Notes: a model not told the origin generated them from the letters alone. A DNA stretch of 64,000 nucleotides from Halobacteriaceae archaeon (GCA_042216675.1 JBDGTS010000008.1:64001-128000), one strand, 5' to 3'; counted from the first letter of the stretch, positions 29,470-41,016 are shown. A program made the numbers and translations.

Positions 29470-30528
29470 CTACGCCGACGCGCGCTGGAGTCGAATCCGC
29501 ACGCGGTTGCCGCCCGCGTCGCTCTCCCCGAAGGCGAGGTCGCCGCCGAAGCGCTCGGCGGTCCACGCCGCGAGCCAGAGCCCCAGTCCGCTGCCGTGGT
29601 AGGTCTGTGAGATGCGCCGGTCGCCGGTGACGATGTCCCGCTCCATCGCCGGGATGGGCGGGGCGTCGTCTGCGACGACGAGGTCCACCCAGTCATCGCT
29701 CACGGACGACGCGCTGACTCGGAGCCACGGCGACGGGGCGGGATTGTGTTCGATGGCGTTCTCGATGAGGGCGGCGACGGCGCTCCCGAGTCGCTCCGTC
29801 GCGGCGACGGTGAGCGACTCGGGGAGGTCAGTTTCGATGGTCGCCTCCGGATGGTCCGTCCGGAACGTCGCCACCACGTCTCGGACGAGGGCCGCGCAGT
29901 CGACAGCGGGACTCGTCTCTGCCGCCTCATCGAGGAGGCGGTGAATCTCGCTGGCCTCCTCGGAGAGCGTCTCCAGCGACGAGATGGCGTCTTCGATGCG
30001 GGCGAGTTCCTGCCGAACGGCCGGGTCGGGGTCGTCGACCTCGCGCCTGAGTTTGCCGGCCGCGCCGTCGAGGACCGTCACCCGGTTCCGGAGGTTGTGC
30101 CGGAGGACCCGGCTGGTCACTTCGAGGCGGCGCTCGCGCCGCGACCGGTCCGTGAGGTCGGTGTAGACGGCGAACCCGGCGCGGCTCCCGTCCGCGGATT
30201 CGTAGGGGATGCCGCGGTAGAGGAACTCTCGGAGGCCGTCGGTGGTCTCCCGCCTGACGCGCCGGTAGTTCACCTCGCCGGCCGCTGTCCGCTCGTCCAG
30301 CGTCTCGGCTTGCTCGACGAGCCACGACGGGACGATGAAGTCGTTCAGCTCTTGGCCGACGATTTCGGCCGGTTCGTAGCCGAACACCTCGACGAACGCC
30401 GGGTTCACCGAGCGGACGATCGGTTCCCCGTCCTCGATGTCGAACTCGACGACGGCGTCCTGCAGGTGGTCGATCAGATACTCGAAGCGGTCCTCGGCGC
30501 CGGGCGCGGAGAGTTCGTCACGTGGCAT
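29470..30528 (-). CDS. PAS-domain sensor histidine kinase
   Basis: VNPAF.EVFGY PAS, LRHNLRN H-box, LIENAIEH N-box, HGSGLGLWL G-box. Confidence 0.9.
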   Translation of the reverse strand: MPRDELSAPGAEDRFEYLIDHLQDAVVEFDIEDGEPIVRSVNPAFVEVFGYEPAEIVGQELNDFIVPSWLVEQAETLDERTAAGEVNYRRVRRETTDGLREFLYRGIPYESADGSRAGFAVYTDLTDRSRRERRLEVTSRVLRHNLRNRVTVLDGAAGKLRREVDDPDPAVRQELARIEDAISSLETLSEEASEIHRLLDEAAETSPAVDCAALVRDVVATFRTDHPEATIETDLPESLTVAATERLGSAVAALIENAIEHNPAPSPWLRVSASSVSDDWVDLVVADDAPPIPAMERDIVTGDRRISQTYHGSGLGLWLAAWTAERFGGDLAFGESDAGGNRVRIRLQRASA

Positions 30529-30674
30529 GGGCGACGACGGCGCGGCGAGCGCCGTCTGTGCGACACACTCACACCCACGCGGTTTAACGCCCCCTCTGAC
30601 GGCAACATTCGACGGTCCCCGGCAGACCCGAAAACAAAACGTTAACCCGCTCGCCGCACAATTTTTCTCCCAAG

Positions 30675-31361
30675 ATGGCCGAGGACGTCAAGCCCACACG
30701 CAAGAACCTGATGGAGATCAAGGAGCGCATCGACTTCTCCGAGCGCGGGCACGACACGCTCGAGCAGAAGCGGGACGCGCTCATCATGGAGTTCATGGAC
30801 ATCCTCGATCAGTCGCGGGACGTCCGAACCGGGTTGGAGAACGCCTACGACGACGCCCAGAAGAGCATCAACATGGCGCGGGCGATGGAGGGCGACGTGG
30901 CCGTCCGCGGCGCCGCCGCGGCCCTGAAGGAGCACCCAGAAATCACCACCCAGTCCAACAACATCATGGGCGTCGTGGTGCCCCAAATCGAGTCCTCGAA
31001 GGTCAAGAAGTCCCTCGACCAGCGCGGGTACGGCGTCCTCGGCACGAGCGCCCGCATCGACGAGGCGGCGTCGGCCTACGAGGAACTCCTCGAACAGGTC
31101 ATCCTCGCCGCCGAGGTCGAGACGGCGATGAAGAAGATGCTCGACGAAATCGAGCAGACCAAGCGCCGCGTCAACGCCTTGGAGTTCAAGCTCCTGCCCG
31201 AACTCCGCACGAACCGCGACTACATCGAGCAGAAACTCGAGGAGCAGGAGCGCGAGGAGATCTTCCGCATGAAGAAGATCAAGGCCAAAAAAGAGGAGCA
31301 GGAAGCCGCCGAGGCACGTGCCGAGGCCGAGTCCGCCGAAGCGTCGTCTGCGGACGACTGA
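30675..31361 (+). CDS. atpD: A-type ATP synthase subunit D
   Basis: [37 protein letters not shown]. Confidence 0.96.
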   Translation: MAEDVKPTRKNLMEIKERIDFSERGHDTLEQKRDALIMEFMDILDQSRDVRTGLENAYDDAQKSINMARAMEGDVAVRGAAAALKEHPEITTQSNNIMGVVVPQIESSKVKKSLDQRGYGVLGTSARIDEAASAYEELLEQVILAAEVETAMKKMLDEIEQTKRRVNALEFKLLPELRTNRDYIEQKLEEQEREEIFRMKKIKAKKEEQEAAEARAEAESAEASSADD

Positions 31362-31409
31362 ATCTGCGTTCCGGAGGCTATTTCTCCCGCGGCCCGATGG
31401 GAAGGGAGC

Positions 31410-32945
31410 GTGAGCGAGGACTCACAGGTCTCCGACGCCGAGCGGGAAGCCCTGCTGTCAATCGCGCACGGCGCCGTCGTCACGGGCGGCGGCGCTACCC
31501 TCCGGCAGGCGCTCTCGGCGCTCACGGAGTTCGTCCTCGCGCGCGGCCTCGGACCGGTGCTGTACGGCGTCTTCGCCTTCGGCTGGCGGGTCGTCGGGCT
31601 CCTCCTGCGCTTCGTGACGCTGGGGACGATGGGGACCCTCCAGCGCGACGTGCCCGCGTTCGCGGACGAACCGACCCGACGCCGCCGCGTCGCGGGACTG
31701 GCCTACGCCACGACGCTCGCAACGGGGGCCGCCATCGGCCTCGGGATGGTCCTCGGTGCCGACTGGCTCAACGCGGCGACCGTCGCCCACCCCGAGTTCC
31801 CCGTCGCTTTCCGCCTGTTCGCGGCGGTGGCGCTGGCACTCGGCGTCCTCCGCATCCACGTCGCCCTCCTCCGTGCGGTGGGACGGGCCGGCCCCGCGGT
31901 GTTTCTGAACCGCGTCCTCAGGCCGGGGGTGCGCCTCGTCACCGCCGCCGGAGCGCTGGCGCTTGGCTACTCCGTGGCGGGCGTCGTCGCCGGACTCGCC
32001 GCCGGTACGGCCGCGCTCGTCGTTCTCGCGGCGCCCGTCGTGTTCGAGCGAACCGGCGTGCGGCCCACGCTCCGGGGCGCCGGAGCCGAAGCGCGTGACT
32101 TCTACGACCACGCCGTGCCCAACGCCCTGAGCGGCGTCGGCAAACTCCTGCAGTCCCGCGTCGACGTGTTGCTCATCGGCGCCCTCCTGACGGCGACGGC
32201 GGCGGGCATCTACAACGTCGTCCTCCTGTTCGTCGCCATCGGCGCGATTCCGCTCGTCGCGTTCAACCAACTGCTCCCGCCCGTGGCGTCGGGTCTCTAC
32301 AGCGACGGCGACGTGGAGACGCTGGATGCGGTGTACACGGCGGTGACGCGCCTCATCGTCACCACGACGGTGCCCATCGTCGCCGTCCAACTGGTCTTCG
32401 GGCGCGAACTGCTCCTCCTCTTCGGTCCCTCCTTCGGCCGCGGCTACCTCACGCTCGTCGTCTTCCTCGTCGGCCGCCTCGTCGGGAACGCCGTCGGCGC
32501 GACGGGGTGGCTCCTGTTGATGACGAACCACCAGTACGTCCGACTGGCGCTGGACTGGCTGTTGGGCCTCCTGAACCTCGTCCTGAGTTACCTGTTCGTC
32601 CTCGAGTTCGGCCTCGTCGGGGCGGCGCTGGGCACGAGTGCGTCGCTGGCCGTGCAGAACCTGATTCAGGTCGGCTTCCTCCTGCGACTGGAGGGTCTCT
32701 ACCCCTTCGACGCGACGTTCCTGAAGCCACTCGGCGCGGGCGCCGCGATGGCCGCGGCCATGGCGGGACTGCGAACCGCGCTCGCCGGCCCGGCGGCAAT
32801 CGTCCTCGGCACCGCGGTGGGGTTCGTCGTCTTCGTCGCCGTGCTGGCGGCGTTGGGCGTAAATCCGCGTGACCGCTTCGTGGCGCGCGAACTCGCGGCC
32901 CGGTACCGCGCGGCCGCGGTGGACCGCCTCGTGGCCCTCCGGTGA
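31410..32945 (+). CDS. Wzx/MOP-superfamily flippase
   Basis: About 12-14 TM, LARGLGP..YG, RVDVLLIG...AGIY. Confidence 0.82.
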   Translation: MSEDSQVSDAEREALLSIAHGAVVTGGGATLRQALSALTEFVLARGLGPVLYGVFAFGWRVVGLLLRFVTLGTMGTLQRDVPAFADEPTRRRRVAGLAYATTLATGAAIGLGMVLGADWLNAATVAHPEFPVAFRLFAAVALALGVLRIHVALLRAVGRAGPAVFLNRVLRPGVRLVTAAGALALGYSVAGVVAGLAAGTAALVVLAAPVVFERTGVRPTLRGAGAEARDFYDHAVPNALSGVGKLLQSRVDVLLIGALLTATAAGIYNVVLLFVAIGAIPLVAFNQLLPPVASGLYSDGDVETLDAVYTAVTRLIVTTTVPIVAVQLVFGRELLLLFGPSFGRGYLTLVVFLVGRLVGNAVGATGWLLLMTNHQYVRLALDWLLGLLNLVLSYLFVLEFGLVGAALGTSASLAVQNLIQVGFLLRLEGLYPFDATFLKPLGAGAAMAAAMAGLRTALAGPAAIVLGTAVGFVVFVAVLAALGVNPRDRFVARELAARYRAAAVDRLVALR

Positions 32946-32979
32946 GCGCCTTTATCGGGGTGCCGGCCGACCTGTGTGT

Positions 32980-33375
32980 ATGGACTGCCCGAACTGTGAC
33001 GCGCCGACGCTCGCGTTTCCGCTGCCGCCGACGTACCGCGCTCACTTCCCGGGGGACCGCCCCGGTGCGGCGATTTGCACTCGGTGTCTCCACGTCACGC
33101 CCGTCGACGACCCGCCGGCGGACCTGCCGGACTTCACGGCCGTCAGCGACGCCCTCCCGGCGAACCGGGACCACGCGCTGACCGTCGTCTGCCTGCTCGG
33201 ACTGCTGGACTCGATTGCGCTCCACCGGGACGCAATCGACGCGCTGACCGACGAGGCAGAGAGCGAGGGCACCGACGTGATGCTGGTGCTAGACCGCCTC
33301 GGGGCCGACGAGAGCGTGGCTCCGCACTTCGATTTGGAGAAGCGCACGCACCAACTGGAGCAGTTGCTCCGTTAG
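32980..33375 (+). CDS. Small CPxC zinc-finger-related protein (DUF6276-like)
   Basis: MDCPNC...ICTRCL; ATG 32980 after TTTATC. Confidence 0.72.
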   Translation: MDCPNCDAPTLAFPLPPTYRAHFPGDRPGAAICTRCLHVTPVDDPPADLPDFTAVSDALPANRDHALTVVCLLGLLDSIALHRDAIDALTDEAESEGTDVMLVLDRLGADESVAPHFDLEKRTHQLEQLLR

Positions 33376-34619
33376 ACGCCCGTCGAGTAGCGCAGGATGC
33401 CGCCGACGCCGCCGAACGCGGTCATCAGTTGCTCGCCCTTCTCGAAGTCCGTCGAGATGAACTTCGTCTCCGTGCCTCGCTGGTCGGCGATGTCGATGAG
33501 GTGGTCGATGACGTCCTCACGCTCGACTTTCTCGGCGGGTTCGCCACACTCCGTGCAGTCGTGGTCCGGCGCGTCCGCCCCGGTGTCCACGACTTCTCGC
33601 TCCTCGTGGCCGTTGGGACACTCGTAGGTGATGACCTCCTCGCGCAGGTCCTCGCTGATGAGGAGGCGGTCCACCGACCCCATCATCAGGTTCCGGCGGG
33701 TCGGTTCGAAGCCGTAGGTGGCGAGGTCCCCGCCGTGGAGCTCCTCGAAGAACGTCTCCATCTCCTCTTTGTCCTCCATCAGCTCCGCGTCGGCCAGCAC
33801 GCCCTGTGCGCTGTCGACGAGGTCGTAGAGCCCCGACTCGTCGGTGTAGGCCACGTCGAACTTCCCGAGCACCTGGTCTTGCAGTTCGTGGTGGAGGTAG
33901 TCGCCGTCGAGGAACTCGTCTTTCGTCGGCGAGGGGCCGCCCACGAGGATGCCGTCGAGTTCCTCGCGGCGCGGGACGAACAGGTCGTCGGCCATGCCCG
34001 CCACCTCCTGATAGAAATTGTCGATGGCCTCCAGCCGCAGGCGGGCGAACCGCTGTGCGGACTGGCCACCCTTCCGCTGTTTGCCGGGGACGAGCGACGA
34101 CGCGGACTTCACCGGCTCGACGCGCTTGCCCTGCAACCACCCGACGTTGGCCTCGCGCCGGTCGAGGACGATGAGGCCGTAGAGGCCCTTGTCCGCGAGC
34201 ATCCCCTCAAGCGGTTCGGTGAGGAACTCCGAGTCGCAGTGGTAGCGGAACGACTGAATCGGCTGGGGCGGACTCTCCAGCACCCGGGTCAGCATCTTCG
34301 TCTGCCCGCCGCCGGAGTCGATGGCCCCCGAGAAGATGACGAGGCCGTTCTCCGGCGGGAAGTTGTCGTAGTAGCGCAGGCGCGACTTGATGGAGGAGAG
34401 CGCGTCCTGCACGTTCGTCCGCGTCTGCTTGGACTTGATGTTCGACGCCTCGCTGTGCTCTTGGGTCACGTGGGCGACGACGTCGCTGATCTGCTTGTCG
34501 GGCGGGATGTAGATGGTGACGAGCTGTGTGCCCGACCCCTCGTGGGCTCGTAGCTCCTCGATGAGCTTCCGGAACTGGTACTTGTTCCGGTCGTCAGAGC
34601 CCTCCTGCTGCTCACTCAT
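33372..34619 (-). CDS. prf1: Peptide chain release factor aRF1
   Basis: NIKS, YHCDS, GGQS motifs. Confidence 0.97.
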   Translation of the reverse strand: MSEQQEGSDDRNKYQFRKLIEELRAHEGSGTQLVTIYIPPDKQISDVVAHVTQEHSEASNIKSKQTRTNVQDALSSIKSRLRYYDNFPPENGLVIFSGAIDSGGGQTKMLTRVLESPPQPIQSFRYHCDSEFLTEPLEGMLADKGLYGLIVLDRREANVGWLQGKRVEPVKSASSLVPGKQRKGGQSAQRFARLRLEAIDNFYQEVAGMADDLFVPRREELDGILVGGPSPTKDEFLDGDYLHHELQDQVLGKFDVAYTDESGLYDLVDSAQGVLADAELMEDKEEMETFFEELHGGDLATYGFEPTRRNLMMGSVDRLLISEDLREEVITYECPNGHEEREVVDTGADAPDHDCTECGEPAEKVEREDVIDHLIDIADQRGTETKFISTDFEKGEQLMTAFGGVGGILRYSTGV

Positions 34620-34729
34620 TACCTCTCCTAGCCGCTCCAGTCGGTATGAAACCTTTGACCGGGGGGAGCGAGTTCACGTCAGTTCGCCACCAATATCCCT
34701 TTAAGTGCCGCCCGAGGGTGAGTGCACGT

Positions 34730-35629
34730 ATGACTGGCTCGCGCGTGCTCGCGGTCGCGAGCGGAAAAGGCGGCGTGGGGAAGACCACGACGGCGGTGGC
34801 CCTCGGCGCCTGTGCCGCGGCGGCGGGGCGCTCTGCCGTCGTGGTCGACGCGGACCTCGGCATGGGGAATCTCGGAACGATGGTCGGACTCACCGACGCG
34901 ACGCCGACGGTCCACGACGTCCTCGCGGGGTCCGCCGACGTGGACGACGCCATCCACGAGGCGCCCGGCGACTTCGACGTGGTGCCCGGGAGCGCGAACT
35001 TAGAGCAGTACGCCGAGGCGGACCCCGCCGGCCTTCGGGACGTCGTCGAGGATCTACGGGCCCGCTACGACCTCGTGGTGCTCGACTCCGGGGCGGGGCT
35101 GAGCCACGACACCGTCCTCCCGTTGGGTCTCGCCGACGAGGTGGTCCTCGTGACCACGGCGGCCGACATCGCCGTGGCCAACACCGCGACGACGCGGGAA
35201 GTCGCGAACCGGTTGGGCGCCGACGTGCGGGGGGTCCTCGTCACCAGCGCCACCGGCGACGTCGATACCGTTCGGGAGCGAATCGACGCGCCGATTCTGG
35301 GCACCGTCCCCCGCGACGAGGCCATCGAATCGGCCGCCGACGCGGGCGTGCCGGTGACGGTCCACGCGCCCGAGAGCCCCGCGGCCCGGGCCTACGCCGA
35401 GTTCGTCGCTAGCGTCCTCGAAGTCCCGGTCACGTCGATGGACCTCCCCGACGCGACGACGGCCGAGACGACGGGCGAGACGCCGGCCGAGACGCCGGCC
35501 CCCGACATTCCGGACGCCGAGGGTGCGACCCTCACCGACGAGGACGAGGCAGAGTCGGAACCCGAGCAGTCGCGCTCGCTCATCAACCGCCTGAGTGGGG
35601 GCCTCATCGGCGGAAACGACAATAACTAA
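34730..35629 (+). CDS. minD: MinD/ParA family ATPase with acidic C-terminal extension (position next to prf1/argS suggests MinD4-type)
   Basis: SGKGGVGKTT deviant Walker A, DADLGM.NL, DSGAGL; ATG 34730 after TTTAAG. Confidence 0.85.
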   Translation: MTGSRVLAVASGKGGVGKTTTAVALGACAAAAGRSAVVVDADLGMGNLGTMVGLTDATPTVHDVLAGSADVDDAIHEAPGDFDVVPGSANLEQYAEADPAGLRDVVEDLRARYDLVVLDSGAGLSHDTVLPLGLADEVVLVTTAADIAVANTATTREVANRLGADVRGVLVTSATGDVDTVRERIDAPILGTVPRDEAIESAADAGVPVTVHAPESPAARAYAEFVASVLEVPVTSMDLPDATTAETTGETPAETPAPDIPDAEGATLTDEDEAESEPEQSRSLINRLSGGLIGGNDNN

Positions 35630-35654
35630 ACGTCGGGCACGAATTCGCTCCGAT

Positions 35655-35792
35655 ATGGCCGAGGACGCTACCGTTCCGCTCCGGTGGGTACTGCTGTTCG
35701 CCGTCGTCACGTTGGGCGCACTCGCGCTGGCAGTCCTGTACGTCGGCGGCGACCTGATAACGCCGGCTGGACTGCTGGCCCTCCCCTTCTGA
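35655..35792 (+). CDS. Small single-TM protein (45 aa)
   Basis: MAEDATVPLRWVLLFAVVTLGALALAVLYVGG; AATAACTAAA about 25 nt upstream. Confidence 0.6.
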   Translation: MAEDATVPLRWVLLFAVVTLGALALAVLYVGGDLITPAGLLALPF

Positions 35793-37589
35793 CTACATCG
35801 ACTCGGGCGCCGCGATGCCGAGGACGCCGAGTCCGTTGGCAAGCGCCCGCCGCGCCGCCGCGACGACCCGGAGTCGCGCCGCCCGGGTGTCGCCCTCGGC
35901 GTCGAGGACCGGGCACGCCCGGTAGAAGTCGTTGAACGTGTCCGCGAGTTCGCGGACGTAGGTCGCCACGAGGTGCGGTTGGAGGCTCTCGGCCGCCTCC
36001 TCGACGACGGCCGGGAACCGCGCCACGTCGCGCAATAGCGCCCGCGCCTCCGGTTCGGTCAGTGCGTCCGCGTCGGCGGACTCGGGCACGCCCGCCTCGT
36101 CGAGGATGCCACAGGTCCGCGCGTGAGCGTACTGGACGTACGGCGCGCTCTGGGCCTCGAAGTCGAGTGCTTCCTCCCACTGGAAGGTGATGGCCTTCGT
36201 CGTCTGCTTTGCGACGATGTCGTAGCGGACGGCGCCGACGCCCACCTGTTCGGCGATGCGGGCCACGTCGTCCTCGTCGAGTTCGTCGCCGCGCAGACGG
36301 TCCTCCATCCGGTCTTCGACTTCCGCGCGGGCGCGTGACTCCGCTTCGTCCAGCAGGTCGTCGAGGTCGATGCCGGTGCCCGCGCGGGTGCTCATCCCCT
36401 CGCCGCCGGGGAGATTGACCCACGAGTGCAGGATGTTCTCGATGCGGTCAGTGTCGTTGCCCAGCATGTCGAGTGCGGCCTGCACCTGCCGGGACTGGAG
36501 TTCGTGGTCCTCGCCGAAGACGGAGACAGCGCGGTCGTAGTTGTCCAGTTTCCACTCGTGGTGTGCGATGTCGCGGGTGGGGTAGAGGCTGGTGCCGTCA
36601 GAGCGGAGGAAGACGAGTTTCTTGTCGATGTCCCGGGCCGAGAGGTCGAGTTGCCACGCGCCCTCCTCGTAGACGGCCACGTCCATGTCCCGCAGGCGGG
36701 TCACCACGTCGTCGGTCCACGAGTCGGCGTCGGTGACGAACCCGTCGCTCGGTTTCTCGCCGCCCGTCTCGGGGGGCCGCATGAAGCGTGTCTCCTTCAC
36801 GAACTCGTCGAACTCCGCGGGGAGGCGCGCGAGCGACGTCTGCATCCCCGAGAGAACTTGGTCGACGACCTCGCTCACCCGCTCGTAGGCGTCCTCGTCG
36901 CCCGCTTCGAGGCCCTGCATGATGGCCTGAATCTCCTCCTCGGCGGCCGCCACCTCGTCGGGGTCGCCCTCTTCGAGGAAGGCGTTGCCCCTGCGGTAGT
37001 AGCGAACGAGTTCGTAGTCCGAGCGGTCGCGCTCCGGGTCGGGGAGGTCCGACTCGTCGAACGTCTCGTAGGCCCACGTGAAGACCGCAATCTGGCGGCC
37101 GGCATCGTTGACGTAGTAGTGGACGTCGACGTCGTGGCCGGCGTAGTCGAGGATGCGCGCGACGGCGTCGCCGATGATGGGGTTCCGCGCCCGGCCGACG
37201 TGGACCGGTCCCGTCGGGTTCGCGCTCGTGTGTTCGACGACGACGGACTCGCCGGTGTCGGGGAGGCGGCCGAAGTCCTCGCCGGGCGCCGCCGCTAGCG
37301 TCTCGTCGTAGTAGGCGTCGCTGGGCGTGAAGTTGAGATACGGCCCCTGCGTCGAGACGCCGCCCACGTAGTCGTAGCCATCGAGGTCCACGGCGTCGGC
37401 GAGTTCGGCGGCCACCTGTGGCGGCGGCGCCTCCATCACCCCGGCGAGGCGGAACGCGACGCTGGAGGCCAGCACCGCGTCCACGTCCTCCGGGGGTTCC
37501 TCGATGCCGAGGTCCGCCGTCGGGAGGTCGCGGGCCGCGAGGGCCGTCTCGACGGCGTCCTCGACCTCGTCGCGGAAGGCGATGAACAT
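35793..37589 (-). CDS. argS: Arginine--tRNA ligase
   Basis: [42 protein letters not shown]. Confidence 0.97.
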   Translation of the reverse strand: MFIAFRDEVEDAVETALAARDLPTADLGIEEPPEDVDAVLASSVAFRLAGVMEAPPPQVAAELADAVDLDGYDYVGGVSTQGPYLNFTPSDAYYDETLAAAPGEDFGRLPDTGESVVVEHTSANPTGPVHVGRARNPIIGDAVARILDYAGHDVDVHYYVNDAGRQIAVFTWAYETFDESDLPDPERDRSDYELVRYYRRGNAFLEEGDPDEVAAAEEEIQAIMQGLEAGDEDAYERVSEVVDQVLSGMQTSLARLPAEFDEFVKETRFMRPPETGGEKPSDGFVTDADSWTDDVVTRLRDMDVAVYEEGAWQLDLSARDIDKKLVFLRSDGTSLYPTRDIAHHEWKLDNYDRAVSVFGEDHELQSRQVQAALDMLGNDTDRIENILHSWVNLPGGEGMSTRAGTGIDLDDLLDEAESRARAEVEDRMEDRLRGDELDEDDVARIAEQVGVGAVRYDIVAKQTTKAITFQWEEALDFEAQSAPYVQYAHARTCGILDEAGVPESADADALTEPEARALLRDVARFPAVVEEAAESLQPHLVATYVRELADTFNDFYRACPVLDAEGDTRAARLRVVAAARRALANGLGVLGIAAPESM

Positions 37590-37623
37590 ACTCCCCGTTT
37601 TCGAGGCGCCGATAAAGGGATTT

Positions 37624-37998
37624 TCAATCCTCGCCGCTCAGCGCCGCCTCGCACCGGTCGCTGAACGTCGCGAGGGGAACGTCCGCGCCGGAGTCGACGC
37701 TGACGAACAGGCCCGTGTACTCGCCGGCGACGAAGTGGAACGCCGTCACCTCCTCGAAGCGGTGCATCGAGCAGTGGAGGTCGCCGGCCCGAAACAGGTC
37801 TTCGAGGTGTGCAGTGCCGATGCCTTCGAGGATGAGGTTCCGGTGGATGGCCGGCGCCCGGTCGGCGATGTGCGCTTCTAGTCCGTCCCGGGCGTAGACG
37901 AGGTCGTAGCCGTCGCGGTCGTAGGTGGCCACCGCTCGGAGGCCCCCGTCGGTCATGGCGTGCAGGTCGTCGACGAGGGCCGCCTCGTCCGTGAGCAC
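37624..37998 (-). CDS. Conserved haloarchaeal hypothetical protein
   Basis: LRAVATY...LVYARD...FE...HF pattern; acidic. Confidence 0.7.
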   Translation of the reverse strand: MLTDEAALVDDLHAMTDGGLRAVATYDRDGYDLVYARDGLEAHIADRAPAIHRNLILEGIGTAHLEDLFRAGDLHCSMHRFEEVTAFHFVAGEYTGLFVSVDSGADVPLATFSDRCEAALSGED

Positions 37999-38081
37999 GG
38001 TTCGTGTTGCGACCCCGGGTCACATCAAAGGCGTGGCCGTCGGTGCCGTGGGGCTAAGTGCCCCCGCCCCGAAGCCGTCGT

Positions 38082-38600
38082 ATGGACATCGACCTGACCA
38101 ACGTTCAACGCCAGATTCTCAGCGTGTTGGTCAACAAGTACCAGCAGTCCGAGGCGCCGGTGAAGGGGAAGGAACTCGCCGAGGCCGTGGACCTCCACGA
38201 GGGGACCGTCCGCAAGCAGATGGGGAACCTGACGGCGCTGAACCTCGCGGAGAGCATCCGCGGGCCGAAGGGGGGCTATCGGCCTACATCGAACGCGTAC
38301 GACGCTCTCGACAGGGAGCAGATAGAGGAACCCGAGGAGATGACGCTCTCCCGGGAGTTCCAGCGCATCGCGGTCACCGTCGACGAGATTTCGCTGTTCA
38401 ACGTCCACCACCCCGAGAAGTGCAAGGCGCGGCTTCACTTTCAGGAGTCCATCGGCGACTACGAGGCGGGCGACGCCATCGCTATCGGGCCCACGCCGGT
38501 GTCGCGACTCGTCCTCGCCGGCCAGATAGAGGCCGTCGACGACTCGACGAACGAAGTCATCGTCAGCAACGTCAAACTCGAAGCGCCCGTCGAGGAGTGA
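38082..38600 (+). CDS. Winged-HTH transcriptional regulator
   Basis: LT..Q.QIL..L, VKGKELA...GTVRKQM..L, GPKGGY.PT. Confidence 0.82.
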   Translation: MDIDLTNVQRQILSVLVNKYQQSEAPVKGKELAEAVDLHEGTVRKQMGNLTALNLAESIRGPKGGYRPTSNAYDALDREQIEEPEEMTLSREFQRIAVTVDEISLFNVHHPEKCKARLHFQESIGDYEAGDAIAIGPTPVSRLVLAGQIEAVDDSTNEVIVSNVKLEAPVEE

Positions 38601-38641
38601 GTCCGAAAGAGGGAGGTGTCTCGCGCCGAAACCACGGGTGA

Positions 38642-39601
38642 ATGTCCGAGTCGGACGGCCCCAAAACGGTGAGCGATCCGGACTACCACAGCCGGAACCA
38701 CACCGCCGCCCAGACCTGTGGCTGGACGGCCAACGCGATGCGGGGCGAGGGCAAGTGCTACAAGAAGGTGTTCTACGGCATCGAGTCCCACCGGTGCATC
38801 CAGATGACACCGGTCGTCCGCTGTAACGAGCGCTGTGTCTTCTGCTGGCGCGACCACGCCGGCCACACGTACGAACTCGACGGCGTCGAGTGGGACGACC
38901 CCGAGGCCGTCGTGGACGCCTCCATCGACCTGCAACGCGAACTCCTCTCCGGGTTCGGCGGCAACGACGAGGTGCCCAACGGCGTCTTCGACGAGGCGAT
39001 GGAGCCCCAACACGTCGCCATCAGCCTCGACGGCGAACCGACGCTCTACCCCCACCTCCCGGAACTCGTCGAGGCGTTCCACGACCGGGGGCTGACCACC
39101 TTCCTCGTCTCGAACGGCACCCGCCCCGAGGTGCTGGCCGACTGTGACCCCACGCAACTGTACGTCAGCGTCGACGCGCCCGAACGCGCCACCTTCGACG
39201 AGGTGGTGGGCGCCACCGAGGACGACGCGTGGGAACATCTCATCGACACCCTCGACGTGTTGGCCGACCACGAGGCCCGCACCGTCCTGCGGACGACGCT
39301 CGTGGAGGGCGAGAACATGCGCACGCCCGACTGGTACGCCGCCCTCTACCGCCGCGCGGACCCCGACTTCGTGGAACTGAAAGCGTACATGCACGTCGGT
39401 CCCTCCCGGGACCGCCTCGACAGGGGGGCGATGCCCGACCACGAGGGGGTCGGCGACTTCGCAGAGCGAGTGGCCGCCCACATGCCCGACCACGAGGTGG
39501 TGGCCGAGCATCCCGCCTCCCGCGTCGCCCTCCTCGCCCGCGACGACGACACGTGGGTGCCGAAACTGGAGTCGGACTCGGAGTTCTGGGACGAGCCGTA
39601 A
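38642..39601 (+). CDS. taw1: 4-demethylwyosine synthase (radical SAM, TYW1/Taw1)
   Basis: [50 protein letters not shown]. Confidence 0.94.
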   Translation: MSESDGPKTVSDPDYHSRNHTAAQTCGWTANAMRGEGKCYKKVFYGIESHRCIQMTPVVRCNERCVFCWRDHAGHTYELDGVEWDDPEAVVDASIDLQRELLSGFGGNDEVPNGVFDEAMEPQHVAISLDGEPTLYPHLPELVEAFHDRGLTTFLVSNGTRPEVLADCDPTQLYVSVDAPERATFDEVVGATEDDAWEHLIDTLDVLADHEARTVLRTTLVEGENMRTPDWYAALYRRADPDFVELKAYMHVGPSRDRLDRGAMPDHEGVGDFAERVAAHMPDHEVVAEHPASRVALLARDDDTWVPKLESDSEFWDEP

Positions 39602-39662
39602 CGATTCTGGAACGCTTCCCACATTCGGTACTCTTATCCCGGGCGCGCCGATACGTTCGACC

Positions 39663-40370
39663 ATGTCAGACGGCATCGCCCGGCCCGCTGTCGGGCCCGA
39701 CGAACTCAGCGCGCTGAAGGCGCTCGGACTCGCCGGCGCGCGCACCCGCGAGGTGAAGGTGTCCTGCGCGGACTTCGCCGACCGCCTCGACGCCTCCACC
39801 CAGACCGCCTCCCGTCGCCTGCAGGCCCTCGACGACGCCGACTACGTGGAGCGTGAACACGTCAGCGACGGCCAGTGGGTCGCCATCACCGACGCCGGGG
39901 AGCGCGCACTCAAAAGCGAGTACGAGGACTACCGGCGCATCTTCGAGGAGCGTGCGACCCTCGACCTCTCGGGCACCGTCACCAGCGGCATGGGCGAGGG
40001 CCGCCACTACATCTCGCTTGCGGGCTACATGGAGCAGTTCCGCGAGCGACTGGGCTACGAGCCGTTCCCGGGCACCCTCAACGTCGACCTCTCGGAGCGT
40101 GCGCGCCGCGAGCACTCGGCGCTCGACGCCTTCGACGCCGTGGCCATCGACGGCTGGGAGGGCGACGACCGCACGTACGGTCCCGCCACCTGCTACCCGA
40201 CGACGGTGGAGACGGCCGACGGCGACGCGTACGAGGGCGCTCACGTCATCGTCCCCGTCCGCACCCACCACGACGAGGACCAGATCGAGGTCATCGCGCC
40301 CGACAAACTTCGGGACGAACTTGCTCTCGACGACGGCGACGAGGTCACCGCACATGTCGCTGGGCGATAG
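39663..40370 (+). CDS. ribK: CTP-dependent riboflavin kinase with N-terminal HTH
   Basis: [35 protein letters not shown]. Confidence 0.92.
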   Translation: MSDGIARPAVGPDELSALKALGLAGARTREVKVSCADFADRLDASTQTASRRLQALDDADYVEREHVSDGQWVAITDAGERALKSEYEDYRRIFEERATLDLSGTVTSGMGEGRHYISLAGYMEQFRERLGYEPFPGTLNVDLSERARREHSALDAFDAVAIDGWEGDDRTYGPATCYPTTVETADGDAYEGAHVIVPVRTHHDEDQIEVIAPDKLRDELALDDGDEVTAHVAGR

Positions 40371-41016
40371 CGTCCCCCGCGCCGTCGCGGACGCCGTCGC
40401 GGCGTTCCGGGCGGGCGACCCGGTCCTCGTCCACGACTTCAGCGACCGCGAGGGCGAAGTCGACTTAGTGGTGCCGCCGCGCGCCGTCGGCCCCGCCGAC
40501 GTCGCGCGCCTCCGCAACGACGCCGGGGGCCTCATCTGCGTCGCACTCGGCGACGCGGCGGCCGACGCCTTCGACCTGCCGTTTCTCGCGGACGAACTCG
40601 ACCACCCCGCCGCCGAAGCGTCGCATCTGGGCTACGACGAGCGCTCGTCGTTCTCGCTCCCGGTGAACCACCGCGACACGTACACCGGCGTCACCGACGA
40701 GGACCGGGCGACGACCATCTCGGCGCTCGGTGACGCCGCGGCCGACCCCGAGGGCACGGACTTCGCCGCGGAGTTCCGGGCGCCCGGCCACGTCCACGTC
40801 CTCCGCGCGGCGCCGGGCCTGTTGGCCGAGCGCCGGGGCCACACCGAACTCGGGGTGGCGCTGGCCCGCGCCGCCGACTGCCCGCCCGCGGCTGTCGTCT
40901 GCGAGATGCTCGCCGACGACGGACAGGCGCTCACCGTCGCGGCCGCCCGCGACTACGCCGAGCGCCACGGCTTCGCGTTCGTCGAGGGCGCCGACCTCGT
41001 CGAAGCGCTGGCGTAG
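40354..41016 (+). CDS. ribB: 3,4-dihydroxy-2-butanone 4-phosphate synthase
   Basis: DREGEVD, GLICVA, TGVTD.DRA, PGHV, RRGHTE, VCEML. Confidence 0.93.
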   Translation: MSLGDSVPRAVADAVAAFRAGDPVLVHDFSDREGEVDLVVPPRAVGPADVARLRNDAGGLICVALGDAAADAFDLPFLADELDHPAAEASHLGYDERSSFSLPVNHRDTYTGVTDEDRATTISALGDAAADPEGTDFAAEFRAPGHVHVLRAAPGLLAERRGHTELGVALARAADCPPAAVVCEMLADDGQALTVAAARDYAERHGFAFVEGADLVEALA

